64,000 bases of DNA from assembly GCA_951406725.2 (NCBI GenBank), contig OX597834.1:11346001-11410000 (forward strand). The letters run 5' to 3'. The translations under genes were made by a program, and so were the position numbers. The notes under the pieces are model-generated. The model saw nothing but the letters and a program-made list of their open reading frames with translations. It was not told the origin of the DNA and did no database searches. Positions 1-12,010 of this stretch are shown piece by piece (position 1 is the stretch's first letter; the number at the start of each line of letters is the position of its first letter). This stretch comes from Octopus vulgaris (lineage: Eukaryota).

Positions 1-242
1 CTTCAAGCCTTTAAGAAGATATAGCAGGATTTTATATTTACAACAACAATGAACGATGTATATTTTCATATATTTTAAAACTGAAATTTTAAAATATTTA
101 ACTGCTAAAATTAATAGGGCATGTGATGGCGTAGAATATCAATGCTTAAATACGTTGCGATTTCGCGGTACATTGAATAAGTCATTTAAAGTTTAATGGT
201 ACCCCATTAGATACACACACACCTATCTATATACAAGAATGT

Positions 243-293
<51 letters not shown>

Positions 294-308
294 TGTGTGT
301 GTGTATGA

Positions 309-347
<39 letters not shown>

Positions 348-362
348 TGTGTGTGTGTATGA

Positions 363-398
<36 letters not shown>

Positions 399-404
<6 letters not shown>

Positions 405-1343
405 TACTGGAAGTATAAGAAGAAACGAAACGTAACGAATCGAATCGAATCCGTTCGTACATATATGTATGTATGTATGCATATATTTTATTTATTACAC
501 AATTGTATGACTGAGCGCCTTCGCGTCGATTCGATTCGATTCGTTCCGTTTCTTCTTCTTCTCCCAGTACAGTTTTTATATATAATTATGACGCGAAACC
601 CTATACCTCTTTGCTTAACCTTCCCTTCTCTCCCTTTCTCTCTCTCTCTCTCTCTCCTCCTCCTCATCTCTCTCACAGCCGTTTGTCTTCCTCTATCTCT
701 CTCTCTCTCTCTCACTCCTCCTCATCTCTCTCACAGCCGGCCAAATACTTCCTTTTGCATGCGGCCTTCTAACTGTAAACACACGGTTTTCTTGCGCTCC
801 TTGAATCTCTCCTCGTCTAGGCAAAAAAGGCCCTCTTTGGTTGTTTTCTTGTGTGTTTTTCTTTCTTGTATTGTATTTTTTTGTAATTGTATTTTTATTT
901 TGTATTTTATTTTGTATTTTATTTTGTATTTTATTTTGTATTTTATTTTGTAATTTTATTTGTATCGTTTTTACGTCCTGTTTGTGTCACATTTTGTTCT
1001 TTCCTTGTTTTTAGCCCTCTGCGAAGTATTTTCCTTTAATTTCTTCGCAGGAAGGGCTAGTTCGACGAGTCATGTTCTGTCCTCACCTTCGAAACACGCT
1101 GGAGTTGAACTAGGGACAGCTGATGAAGGGGATTTTTCCTTGTGTAGTTTGTCTAGTACTCTGTTTTTTCTTTGTAAAAAACAGGTTCGTTCCATGCTTG
1201 TTTTTACGTTTTCGTTCTCGTTCAGTTCTGCGTCTATTTCTGGTGTCCTGTACTCACGTATATATATTTATATATGCATGTATATATACATGTAGGTACG
1301 TACATATATGTATGTATGTATGCATATATTTTATTTATTACAC
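399..1343 (+). mobile_element. Non-autonomous Penelope-like element inserted in (TA)n
   Basis: 45-bp direct repeat at 456-500 and 1299-1343; 5' inverted segment (399-451 vs 528-575); hammerhead core words GAAAC (1091) and CTGATGA (1120); (TA)n on both sides. Confidence 0.5.
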
Positions 1344-1386
<43 letters not shown>

Positions 1387-1446
1387 ATACATAGATTCAG
1401 ACATACATATATACATATATATACACGCGCGCACGCACACAGACAC

Positions 1447-1486
<40 letters not shown>

Positions 1487-1525
1487 ATATATGTGTGTGT
1501 GTGTGTATATATGTGTGTGTGTGTG

Positions 1526-1589
<64 letters not shown>

Positions 1590-2018
1590 TGTATGTATCG
1601 TTATATATTTTTGAAGTATTAAATTCGTTAGTTATTTAAAAGCTGTACTCAGCGCATTCAATACCGACCGCTTCAACAGAAAGAAGCGACCTTTTAAAAT
1701 CAAATTGCAATTAGAGACGCTACAATCTTAATGGGGAGTAACTCTGAGAGCAAGTATTGTCTGTCAGTTGCATGTTTACCTCCCATGTATCCTGATAGAT
1801 TTTTACGCTTAGCACTGAACCGGATTATATCTCTTGGACCAGTAAATATTTTACCGATCTCGGACAGTATATAAAGTAAAAACCTCTGCATCGCAATTTC
1901 AACAAAGGCTATGTTGAAAAAAAAAAAAGAAACAAAAAGGTGAAAGAACAGCTTAAGTGTTTGATACTATACCAATTTTCCAATCCATTGTAGCAATTTC
2001 GTTACAAGTTTGCTCTAA

Positions 2019-3017
2019 GGCGGTGAGCTAGCAGAAACGTTAGCACGCTGGGCGAAATGCGTAGCCGTATTTCGTCTGCAGCTACGCTCTGAATTCAAAT
2101 TCCACCGTGGTGGACTTTGCCTTTCATCTTTTCAGGGTCGATAAATTAAGTACCGGTTACGCACTGGGGTCGATGTAATCGACTTAATCCCTTTGTCTGT
2201 CCTTGTTTATCCTCTATGTGTTTAGCCCTTGTGGGTAGTAAAGAAATAAGTATTTCGTCTGTCGCTCCGTTCTGAGTTCAAATTCCGCCGATGTCGACTT
2301 TGTCTTTCATTCTTTCGGGGTCGGTCTTTCATTCTTTCGGGGTCGATTAAATAAGTACCAGTTACGCACTGGGGTCGATATAATCGACTTAATCCGTGTG
2401 TCTGTCTTTGTTTGTCCCCTCTGTGTTTAGCCCTTTGTGGGTAGTAAAGAAATAGGTATTTCGTCTGTTGCTACATCGTGAGTTCAAATTCGAGGTCGAC
2501 TTTGCCTTTCATTCTTTCGGTGTCGATTAAATAAGTATCAGTTGCGCACTGGGGTCGATGTAATCGACTTAATCCGTTTGTCTGTCCGTTTGTCCCCTCT
2601 GTGTGTAGCCCCTTGTGGGTAGTAAAGAAGTAAGAAACGTTAGCACGCCGGGCGAAATGCTTAGCGGTATTTCGTCTGTCGCTTCGCTCTGAGTTCAAAT
2701 TCCGCCGAGGTCGACTTTGCTTTTCATCCTTTCGGGGTCTATCAAATAAGTATCAGTTACGCACTGGGATGGATATAATCGACTTAATCCGTTTGTCTGT
2801 CCTTATTTGTCCTCTCTGTGTGTAGCCCCTTGTGGGTAGTAAAAAAATAGGTATTTCGTTTGTCTTACGTTCTGAGTTCAAATTCCGCCGAGGTAACCTG
2901 TACCTTTCATCCTTTCGGGTTCGATAAATTAAGCACCAGTTGCGTACTGGGATCGATCTAATCGACTGGGACCCTCCCTCAAAATTTCGGGCCTTGTGCC
3001 TCGAGTAGAAAAGATTA
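2019..3017 (+). mobile_element. Head-to-tail array of about 5 units of tRNA-headed SINE family 1
   Basis: Repeated GAGTTCAAATTCCGCCGAGGTCGACTTTGCCTTTCATCCTTTCGGGGTCGAT...TAGCCCCTTGTGGGTAGTAAAGAAATA; A-box-like head at 2019 and B-box-like GAGTTCAAATTCC. Confidence 0.9.
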
Positions 3018-3169
3018 CAATCTTGCACTCAAAAAGGTATCATTCCTAGTAGAATTTGTGTCCAAATGTATACAGTAAGATATTGCATATACCTTTATGT
3101 TATATACACATCAAACGTATACACTTCTCTACTGTGTAGGAGAATGTACTGTATATACTAGTAAGCCGC

Positions 3170-3495
3170 AACTGGCACTCCGTCGGTTACGACGAGACCG
3201 GTTCCAATTGATCCAATCGAAGAAACAGCCTGCGCGTGAATGTAAGGTGCAAGAAGCTGAGCGCTCCACAGACACCCGTACTCATAGCGTAGTTCTCGGA
3301 GTGATGCAGCGTGGAAAAGAATGTACCTAGACCGGCCCTTTGGAATAGATGTACTGTTCAAATTTGCCAGTTGTGTGTACTGGAGCAACATGAAATAAAA
3401 TGTGTTGCTCAAGGACACAACACGCCGCTGAGAATCGAACCCAAGACCTGACAATCATGAGCCAGACACCCCTAACTACTAAGCCGCGTGCCTTC
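3170..3495 (-). mobile_element. SINE family 3 variant (tRNA-headed)
   Basis: Shares CACTCCGTCGGTTACGACG...AACAGCCTGC with the copies at 52538 and 57783; tRNA-like head at the right end. Confidence 0.75.
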
Positions 3496-3635
3496 ACGAA
3501 TCACTGTAAATAATATTAAATACTCCGTTGATGAAGGATCTGCTGAATTAAAGCATAAAACTGACTGGAATCGATCCCCAAACCTGGGATATTGAAGCTT
3601 AGGAGAGGCTCGGCTGACATCATTCTATCTCCATT

Positions 3636-3885
3636 GTGACAAATCATTTTGAAGCTGAAAGTCAGAGGAAAGAGGAAGAGGAGCGACAAGGAAGAACATC
3701 GGGCCTGCAACAACCAAAGCCTCCACCACGGATCCCTTGTGAACTTTGCAACAGACAATTTCATGCAAGAATCGGCCTCATTAGTCATCAGAGGCATAAA
3801 CACGGACAGGGGGAAAGAAGTGGTCAAGAAGAAACCAAATAAATTATAGGACATACGATAAAACGACGCCGACGACGACGATGTC
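3636..3885 (+). mobile_element. RTE-clade LINE 3' fragment
   Basis: Translates to ...IPCELCNRQFHARIGLISHQRHKH, the C-terminal CxxC...RIGLxSHxRxH motif of RTE/BovB ORFs; short 3' UTR ending in (GAC)n. Confidence 0.75.
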
Positions 3886-3998
3886 ATACTCTACTTCATT
3901 ATACATACTTCAGGACCTTTTAGACTTCCGTTCTGCATACAGTATACGTTAATATTTCTATCATGTATAACAACATTTTACAGTAAACACCGCTATAA

Positions 3999-4405
3999 GG
4001 CGCAGGAGTGGCTGTGTGGTAAGTAGCTTGCTTACCAACCACTTGGTTCCGGGTTCAGTCCCACTGCGTGGCACCTTGGGCAAGTGTCTTCTGCTATATC
4101 CCCGGGCCGACCAAAACCTTGTGAGTGGATTTGGTAGACGGAAACTGAAAGAAGCCCGCCGTATATATGTAGATATATATGTGTGCGTGTATGTTTGTGT
4201 GTCTGTGTTTGTCCCCTTAGCATTCCTTGACAACCGATGTTTATGTTCCTGTCACTTAGTGGTTCGGGAAAAGAGACCGATAGAATAAGTACTGGGCTTA
4301 CAAAGAATAAGTCCCGGGGTCGAGTTGCTCGATTAAAGGCGGTGCTCCAGCATGGCCGCAGTCTAATGACTGAAACAAGTAAAAGAGTAAAGAGAGTAAA
4401 GAGTA
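3999..4405 (+). mobile_element. SINE family 2 (tRNA head, CORE-like segment, internal microsatellite)
   Basis: GGCGCAGGAGTGGCTGTGTGGTAAG head, GGGTTCAGTCCC B-box-like motif, CACCTTGGGCAAGTG CORE-like motif, AAAAGAG tail; about 12 copies in the window. Confidence 0.9.
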
Positions 4406-4599
4406 GACGTCAAACTGTTCTATATCGTAAACACCTCTGTACAGGATCTCCTGATGTGGAGTCAAACATCTCATCTCAGTTATCTGCTGCATTTATTTCA
4501 ATTGTTTTGCGAATGGGAATGTTCTGAGAATAGATAATCGAATTTATTTATTGCATTTTAAAACGAAAAAAAAAAAAAGGTAAAGTTAACTTCCCGAGT

Positions 4600-4826
4600 C
4601 ATACTGACTCATGAGGGCCGGTTTCCTGGTTTCCATGGCGTCTGAATTCCTCAACTGGATGGAACCCCTTTCCATCGCAGCTTTACTTATTTTTCCAGCT
4701 GAGTAGACTGTAGCAACGTGAAATGAAATGTTTTGCTCAAGAATACCGTGCGTCAATCCGTTCAGGAATCGAAACCACAATCTTTCGATTGTGAGTCCAA
4801 CACACTAACCACTAACCCATTCACCT
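4600..4826 (-). mobile_element. Diverged SINE, family 3-related head
   Basis: GGAATCGAAACCACAATC...CTAACCACT matches the reverse-complement tRNA head at 14310-14377. Confidence 0.6.
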
Positions 4827-5055
4827 CCAAATATTGTTTTCCAGCTTTCCGTTCATCAAACTGACACGAACAATGAAAGAAGAAGCTTCATCATTGCAAG
4901 TTAAGTCATGTAATGTGTACTTAGTTAAAGCCCCAATAAGTTGGTCCCTGTCATTGTCTCTTAAGACAAGGAGCAAGATACCAAATTCTAAGCTACACAT
5001 AGCTGTTGACTCTGTATCTCGCGCCACATCTGCATACATACATACACATGTGTTT

Positions 5056-5096
5056 GTGTATGTATGCATGTATGTATGCATGTATGTATGTATGCA

Positions 5097-5127
<31 letters not shown>

Positions 5128-5476
5128 ATGTATGTATGTACGTGTGTGTGTATGTGTGTATGTATTTATGTATGTATGCATGTATGTATGTATGTATGTA
5201 TGTATGCATGTATGTATGTATGCATGTATGTATGTATGTATGTATGTATGTATGTGTGTGTGTGTATGTATGTATGTATGTATGTATGTGTCTGTGTGTA
5301 TGTATGCATGGATGCATGTATGTGTGTATGTGTGTTTGTGTGTGTATGTACGTATGCATTGTATGTATGTATGTATATATGTATGTATGTATGTACGTAT
5401 GCATTGTATGCATGTATGTATGTATGTACGTACGTGTGTATGTATGTATGCATGTATGTGTGTGTGTATGTATGTA

Positions 5477-5538
<62 letters not shown>
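5056..5538. repeat. Compound (TATG)n/(TG)n microsatellite
   Basis: Seen directly; source of several spurious ORFs. Confidence 0.95.
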
Positions 5539-5539
<1 letters not shown>

Positions 5540-6339
5540 CCACATGTAAAGTGATTCTCTCGGGAAAACAATAGCGAAGTTATACCTTCTCAATTTTGTT
5601 ATTATCTGTATGGGGTAATCACGATTTTATGCACTTTTGATCGGATGTAAAACAACAACAACAACACCAAAAACCAAAACCAAGCACAAAAGCAACAACA
5701 ACAATAGGGGCAAACGGAAAACGTTTAATCTTGATAAGACTAAAACATTCAAGGGAAATAACCGTTACATGTAAGGGAAGAAACTTTATATTTTCCTTGC
5801 TTTGTTAAGTCCCCTATATTTTATTGCCTTATATATTATACGATGTATCTGGAGGCAAATGCGTCAACAGAAAACAGGAAAGGGTGGGATGTGAGAGTAG
5901 TTGAAACAACAGCGACAGCAGTTAACGAAATGGTATCGCTTTTTCATAATACCTCTCTCTCAATGAGAAGAACTGAGATGGTCCCGTTGGCAAAGGAACT
6001 TTCACTCTGTCGATATGCTCCCCCGCAAGCTACTAAATATTTTTGCGAAATCTCCCTCCAATTACTCATCCTACCGTCAATGGACGCTTGTAAATAGGTA
6101 TCGTAGAATGCTTTCGACTAAAATGGCGATATAATTCAAGTAATTTCGCTCTGCCAATCATCGTTCTGGTTGAATTAAAAAAAAATTTTTTTATTTTCCT
6201 TTTCCTTTCTTTTTCTTTTTCTTTCTTTCTTTCTTTTATTTTTGTTGGTCAGTTATTATTTAAAATTGGTTTTTAACGCAAGTGTGCCCAAACAAGTAGA
6301 ATGCTTACGCAGAGCAGGTTTCACAGCCACATCATCCAA

Positions 6340-6370
6340 ACCGACCGGGAGAAACTGGGCTTAGCTGCTA

Positions 6371-6371
<1 letters not shown>
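6340..6371 (+). mobile_element. Helitron-like 3' terminus
   Basis: Imperfect hairpin ACCGGGAGAAACTGGG about 9 nt before CTAG|T, the same layout as the Helitron end at 11983-12010; 5' end not located. Confidence 0.4.
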
Positions 6372-6404
<33 letters not shown>

Positions 6405-6855
6405 ATATGTATGTATGTATGTATGTACGTATGTATGTATGTATGTACGTATGTATGTATACATGCATGTGTGTATGTATATATGCATGCATGTATGTAT
6501 GTATGTGTGTGTGTGTTTATGCATGTATGTATGTATGTATGTATGTATATATGTATACATGCATGTATGTATGTATACATGCATGTATGTATGTATACAT
6601 GCATGTATGTATGCATACATGCATGTATGTATGTATACATGCATGTATGTATGCATACATGCATGTATGTATGCATACATGCATGTATGTATACTTGCAT
6701 GCATGTATGTATGTATGTATGTATGTATGTATGTATGCATGTATGTATGCATGTATGTATGTATACATGCATGTATGTATGCATACATGCATGTATGTAT
6801 GTATACTTGCATGCATGTATGTATGTATGTGTGTGTTTGTGTATGTATGTATGTA
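6372..6855. repeat. (TA)n plus compound (TATG/CATG)n microsatellite
   Basis: Seen directly. Confidence 0.95.
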
Positions 6856-7275
6856 TTATGAAAAACAGAAACCGTCAAAGGGCGGAGGAACTCTTGAGAG
6901 TCAACAGCCATCTAATAAATGTCTTAAGGCTGTATCATGCGCGGGGACATAGAAATAATCGGACTGAATACCCGATCACGTGGTTAAACCATTGGGAGTG
7001 AAGGACTCCTAGCCTTTGTTAGGGCATCCTTCTAGGAGAAGGTAACTCAGGTAACTGGGATAACTCCGACATAAAACTGCGGCTCAGTGGTTACCGATGA
7101 TGTTGACTTTTTCTTCTTTTCGGATTATGGCTGCTGTTGCTTTGTGAGTGGGATTGACTCAGTGCACAGCCTTTCCTCACTTTAAAAATAATCTTCTTGC
7201 ACGGGCATTGCACGATAACAACATTGATCAAGCTTCGTGCAATGGCCATACTCGATAACGAGAAGGCAGCCACCA

Positions 7276-7442
7276 TGTATGTATGTATGTATGTATGTAT
7301 GTATGTATGTATGTATGTATGTATGTATGTATGTATGTATGTATGTATGTATGTATGTATGTATGTATGTATGTATGTATGTATGTATGTATGTATGTAT
7401 GTATGTATGTATGTATGTATGTATGTATGTATGTATGTATGT
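7276..7442. repeat. Pure (ATGT)n microsatellite
   Basis: About 41 perfect units. Confidence 0.95.
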
Positions 7443-7805
7443 ATTATGTATGAAGCTATGTATGAAGCTATGTATGTGTGTTTGTGTGTATGTATGTATA
7501 TAGATTAATATTATGATAGCAGTTTTGTGAGTGTGTTTGTGTGTGTGTGTGTGTGTGCATTTTTATTCATGACACGGAGATTTTATTTATCCATTATCAA
7601 TTTCCATACAATAGATAGATTATTTTACTGGGAGAAAGTTAATGTACCTTCCATATATACACACAGATACCGACACGGCCTTGTGTTTAAGAAACGCAAC
7701 ATCCTATCACTCGGTTTTCGGTTCAGCCACTTTGTGCAGAATATTGGGTAACAGCTTTTAACCAAAAATTTCGCAGACACTTGTAGTTATAACTTATAAA
7801 TTTTA

Positions 7806-8185
7806 AGGAGTGGAGTGTGGTAAGTAGCTTGCTTACCAACCACATGGTTCCGGGATCAGTCCCACTGCGTGGCACCTTGGGCAAGTGTCTTCTACAATAG
7901 CCTCGAGTCGACCAAAGCCTTGTGATTGGATTTGGTAGATGGAAACTGAAAGAATCCCGTCGTATATATGTATATGTGTTTGTGTGTCTGTGTTTGTCAC
8001 CCCAACATCGCTTGACAATCGATGCTGGTGTGTTTATGTCCTCGTAACATAGAGGTTTGGCTAACGGGACCGATAGAATAAGTACTAGACTTACAAAGAA
8101 TAAGTCCTAGGGTCGATTTGCTCGACTAAAAAAGGCGCTGCTCCAGCATGGCCGCAGTCAAATGACTGAAACAAGTAAAAGAGTA
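7806..8185 (+). mobile_element. SINE family 2
   Basis: Collinear with 3999-4405. Confidence 0.9.
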
Positions 8186-8776
8186 ACAAAAACAATAACA
8201 GCAAGTAAGAAAAACATCTTTAAATGATTATTCCGGAGCATATTCACCATCTACTTCGAGTACTGCTTCCCATTTGCTTGGCTGAGGGTGAGACCGCCAC
8301 TTAAAGATGCTTTTGTTAAATATTGATATTGTTTAAAATTTGTGGAATTGAAAAAAAAAAGCCGCAGTAATTATGCACCAACCCAAGAATTCACCATAAT
8401 GTATTCTTTGACGATTTCGACGTTGATCGTTCAGTCGTTCGCTGAAATGAACTACCTACCTTTAATTACTATAGTTCAGGGTATTCTGCAGGTGTATGCA
8501 TCGTTAATGTACTTTTGTTCGATTTAGAGATACAATCCATCTGATGTGCAATCACCTTGTTTTCGTCGACGCAATTTCAACCACATTTTTTATAATCCTT
8601 CGTTGTCAATGGTAAGACATGCATGCCTAAAGTAATACCTTGTTGTGTCATATGTAGTATTTCACAGGTGCGAATTCCTCATCTTAATTACTGAGACTTG
8701 ACTGCATTCCTTCGGAGTAGAAAAAAAATTCTAATAATAAATTTAATTTTTTCTAATTTGGTTACCTAAAGTTGAA

Positions 8777-9008
8777 GGCGGCGAGCGGGCAGAATCGTTA
8801 GCACGCCGGTCGAAATGACTAGCGGTATTTCGGCTGCCGTTACGTTCTGAGTTCAAATTCCACCAAGGTCGACTTCGCCTTTCATCCTTTCGGGGTCGAT
8901 AAATAAAGTAACTGTTTCGCACTGGGGTCGATGTAATTGACTAAATCCATTTGTCTGTCCTTGTTTGTCCCCTCTATGTTTAGCCTCCTGTGGACAATAA
9001 AGAAATAG
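8777..9008 (+). mobile_element. SINE family 1
   Basis: Full head GGCGGCGAGC...TTAGCACGCC through the AAAGAAATAG tail. Confidence 0.9.
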
Positions 9009-9796
9009 ATTATCCAAGGGAGACAATGAAATTAAATAGGAATAAATGCTACGCAAGGGAGATAACTCTATACCGCTCACATCTGAAATTTGTTGAATGT
9101 CTGTTCATTACTAAATTATTTTTATTTTTATCTCATATAGGTCTTTTGACTTTCATGAAATAAAAACCTCTCAGAATCACAACTAAACGCTGCTCTTTGA
9201 TAATACAAAGGTCACAGAGTTTTGTATCGCTTTGAATAAAAGCGAAAGAAATATGCTTCATTCACATTCTCAAAACAAATCTCATTTTTATTTTTTTATT
9301 TTTACAGTAGACGAAACTGCCAGCAACGAGCGGTATCAAAATTTAAATGCATTTGTTTGAATTGTGGACGAGGAAACGTCTATCATTTTGTTTGGATACT
9401 TCGTCTAGTCGAGGGATTTTTTTATTTGCGATAAAAAAATAAGTCCTTTTATTTTTTAAGAAAAACAACCATTTTAGTCAAGTGAGAATGCAGAGTCCAA
9501 GAGCTTTCACAAGACGTCCGTCATTACTGCCAGTCAGGGACAAAGATATCCTTGTTGAAATACTTGCAACGGAATCGACTCCACTGTAACCATATCAAAT
9601 GTCAGGCAGCGGATAAGCATCGCAGCCTAGCATCTTTGAGTAACGAACTGAGATTACCATCCAAAAGGACCTCGACGGTATTTGAAATCAGAACGAGGCG
9701 AACCGTAACGAATATTGCAAGGCAGCCATCACGACATTCTTACAGCTCGACATTCGATCCTGCATCCGTATTATTGTCACAGCCATGAAAGGTTTA

Positions 9797-11033
9797 GAGG
9801 TAAAGTTCTTCTGGGAAGGGTTTGATCACTGAGTGTCAGAACAAATACTACGGTGCTTCCACGAGTTTGAGGTAAAGTTCTTCTGGGAAGGGTTTTGATC
9901 ACTGAGTGTCAGAACAAATACTACGGTGCTTCCACGAGTTTGAGGTAAAGTTCTTCTGGGAAGGGTTTTGATCACTGAGTGTCAGAACAAATACTACGGT
10001 GCTTCCACGAGTTTGAGGTAAAGTTCTTCTGGGAAGGGTTTGCACACTGAGTGTCAGAACAAATACTACGGTGCTTCCACGAGTTTGAGGTAAAGTTCTT
10101 CTGGGAAGGGTTTTGATCACTGAGTGTCAGAACAAATACTACGGTGCTTCCACGAGTTTGAGGTAAAGTTCTTCTGGGAAGGGTTTGATCGCTGAGTGTC
10201 AGAACAAATACTACGGTGCTTCCACGAGTTTGAGGTAAAGTTCTTCTGGGAAGGGTTTTGACACTGAGTGTCAGAATAAATACTACAGTGCTTCCACGAG
10301 TTTGAGGTAAAGTTCTTCTGGGAAGGGTTTTGATCACTGAGTGTCAGAACAAATACTACGGTGCTTCCACGAGTTTGAGGTAAAGTTCTTCTGGGAAGGG
10401 TTTTTATCACTGAGTGTCAGAACAAATACTACGGTGCTTCCACGAGTTTGAGGTAAAGTTCTTCTGGGAAGGGTTTTGATCACTGAGTGTCAGAACAAAT
10501 ACTACGATGCTTCCACGAGTTTGAGGTAAAGTTCTTCTGGGAAGGGTTTTGATCACTGAGTGTCAGAACAAATACTACGGTGCTTCCACGAGTTTGAGGT
10601 AAAGTTCTTCTGGGAAGGGTTTTGATCACTGAGTGTCAGAACAAATACTACGGTGCTTCCACGAGTTTGAGGTAAAGTTCTTCTGGGAAGGGTTTTGATC
10701 ACTGAGTGTCAGAACAAATACTACGGTGCTTCCACGAGTTTGAGGTAAAGTTCTTCTGGGAAGGGTTTTGATCACTGAATGTCAGAACAAATACTACGGT
10801 GCTTCCACGAGTTTGAGGTAAAGTTCTTCTGGGAAGGGTTTTGAACACTGAGTGTCAGAACAAATACTACGGTGCTTCCACGAGTTTGAGGTAAAGTTCT
10901 TCTGGGAAGGGTTTTTACACTGAGTGTCAGAACAAATACTACGGTGCTTCCACGAGTTTGAGGTAAAGTTCTTCTGGGAAGGGTTTTGACACTGAGTGCC
11001 AGAACAAATACTACGGTGCTTCCACGGGTTTGA
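9797..11033. repeat. Minisatellite, 17 units of 72-73 bp, highly homogeneous
   Basis: Unit GAGGTAAAGTTCTTCTGGGAAGGGTTTTGATCACTGAGTGTCAGAACAAATACTACGGTGCTTCCACGAGTTT; 0-3 differences per unit; no spacers. Confidence 0.97.
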
Positions 11034-11610
11034 CGATAGGACTAAGTAACTGTGGTACGGGGTTCAATTCCTAGCAGATTTTTATGTGATCTTTCCATTA
11101 CAGACTGTTAAATTGTGCTTGCGGTTGTTGTTGATGTTCTTTGTGGTGACGTTCTATTCGTGGATGTTGCTGGTGTTGTTGATATTGTCGTTGTTGTTAC
11201 TCATTTTGTTGTTATTGCTTCCTGCTACTACTGCTGCTGCTGCTGCTGTTGTTCTTATTGTTATTGCTGCTGTTGTTAATGCTATTACTGATGATCATCA
11301 TCATCACAATGGTGTTGTGTTGATGCGTATTCTTCTTCTGGTGATGCTGTCGCTATTTTTGTTGTCGTTATTGCAACATTTGTCTTCGTTGTTGACATTG
11401 TTGTTGTTGTTGTTCGGGGCCTTGTGCCTAGTTGTTGTACCAGTGAAACATAGGGGTAGATGTAATCGACTTAACCCCTACTCCAAAATTGCTGGATATT
11501 CGCCAGAATTAGAAATGATTGATATTTTATGAAGGAGATGGAATTGAATAATCTGTATAATAATATACTTATTTTTATGAATTAATACTTACTTCTATGA
11601 ATTAATGTTA

Positions 11611-12010
11611 TCTTTATATATAAAAGTGAAGTTGTGTGTCTGTCTCCTACGATTTAGATTCCTAACTACTCCCACATTTTGCGGTGCAGTTTAACCAAAA
11701 CCGGGTATCTTATAGTCGTGATTCATATCGAGCCCTTCTGGGTATTAGCGCGCGTCTACGATGAGTCTACGATTTTAAAAATAATTTACCATCATTTTTT
11801 TCCCATTTTAATGCATTTTTTCGCTATTATATAAGGGAAGTAACTCTCTAAAAATGTCTACGATGAGTCAACGATTTAAAAAAAAGTTTACCATCATTTT
11901 ATTTTCCATTTTTAATGCATTTTTTGGCTATTTTTTGGCTACAACTCTCTAAAAATGCTTATAAAGTTATTTCCCTTACAAACCCGAGCAACGCCGGGCG
12001 ATACTGCTAG
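11611..12010 (+). mobile_element. Non-autonomous Helitron, family A
   Basis: A|TC 5' end, CTAG|T 3' end, subterminal hairpin CCCGAGCAACGCCGGG, no TSD; three copies in the window. Confidence 0.9.

Noticed and set aside
4834-7508. Long ORFs of up to 246 aa (MYVC/HTYI repeats)
   Set aside because: Translations of (TATG)n/(CA)n microsatellites, open in most frames.
9797-11033. CRISPR-like array
   Set aside because: Units are identical end to end with no unique spacers; eukaryotic context and no cas genes. Its ORFs are repeat translations.
11086-11532. 148-aa hydrophobic ORF resembling a membrane protein
   Set aside because: Degenerate (GTT)/(GCT)/(CAT) trinucleotide tract followed by a SINE remnant.
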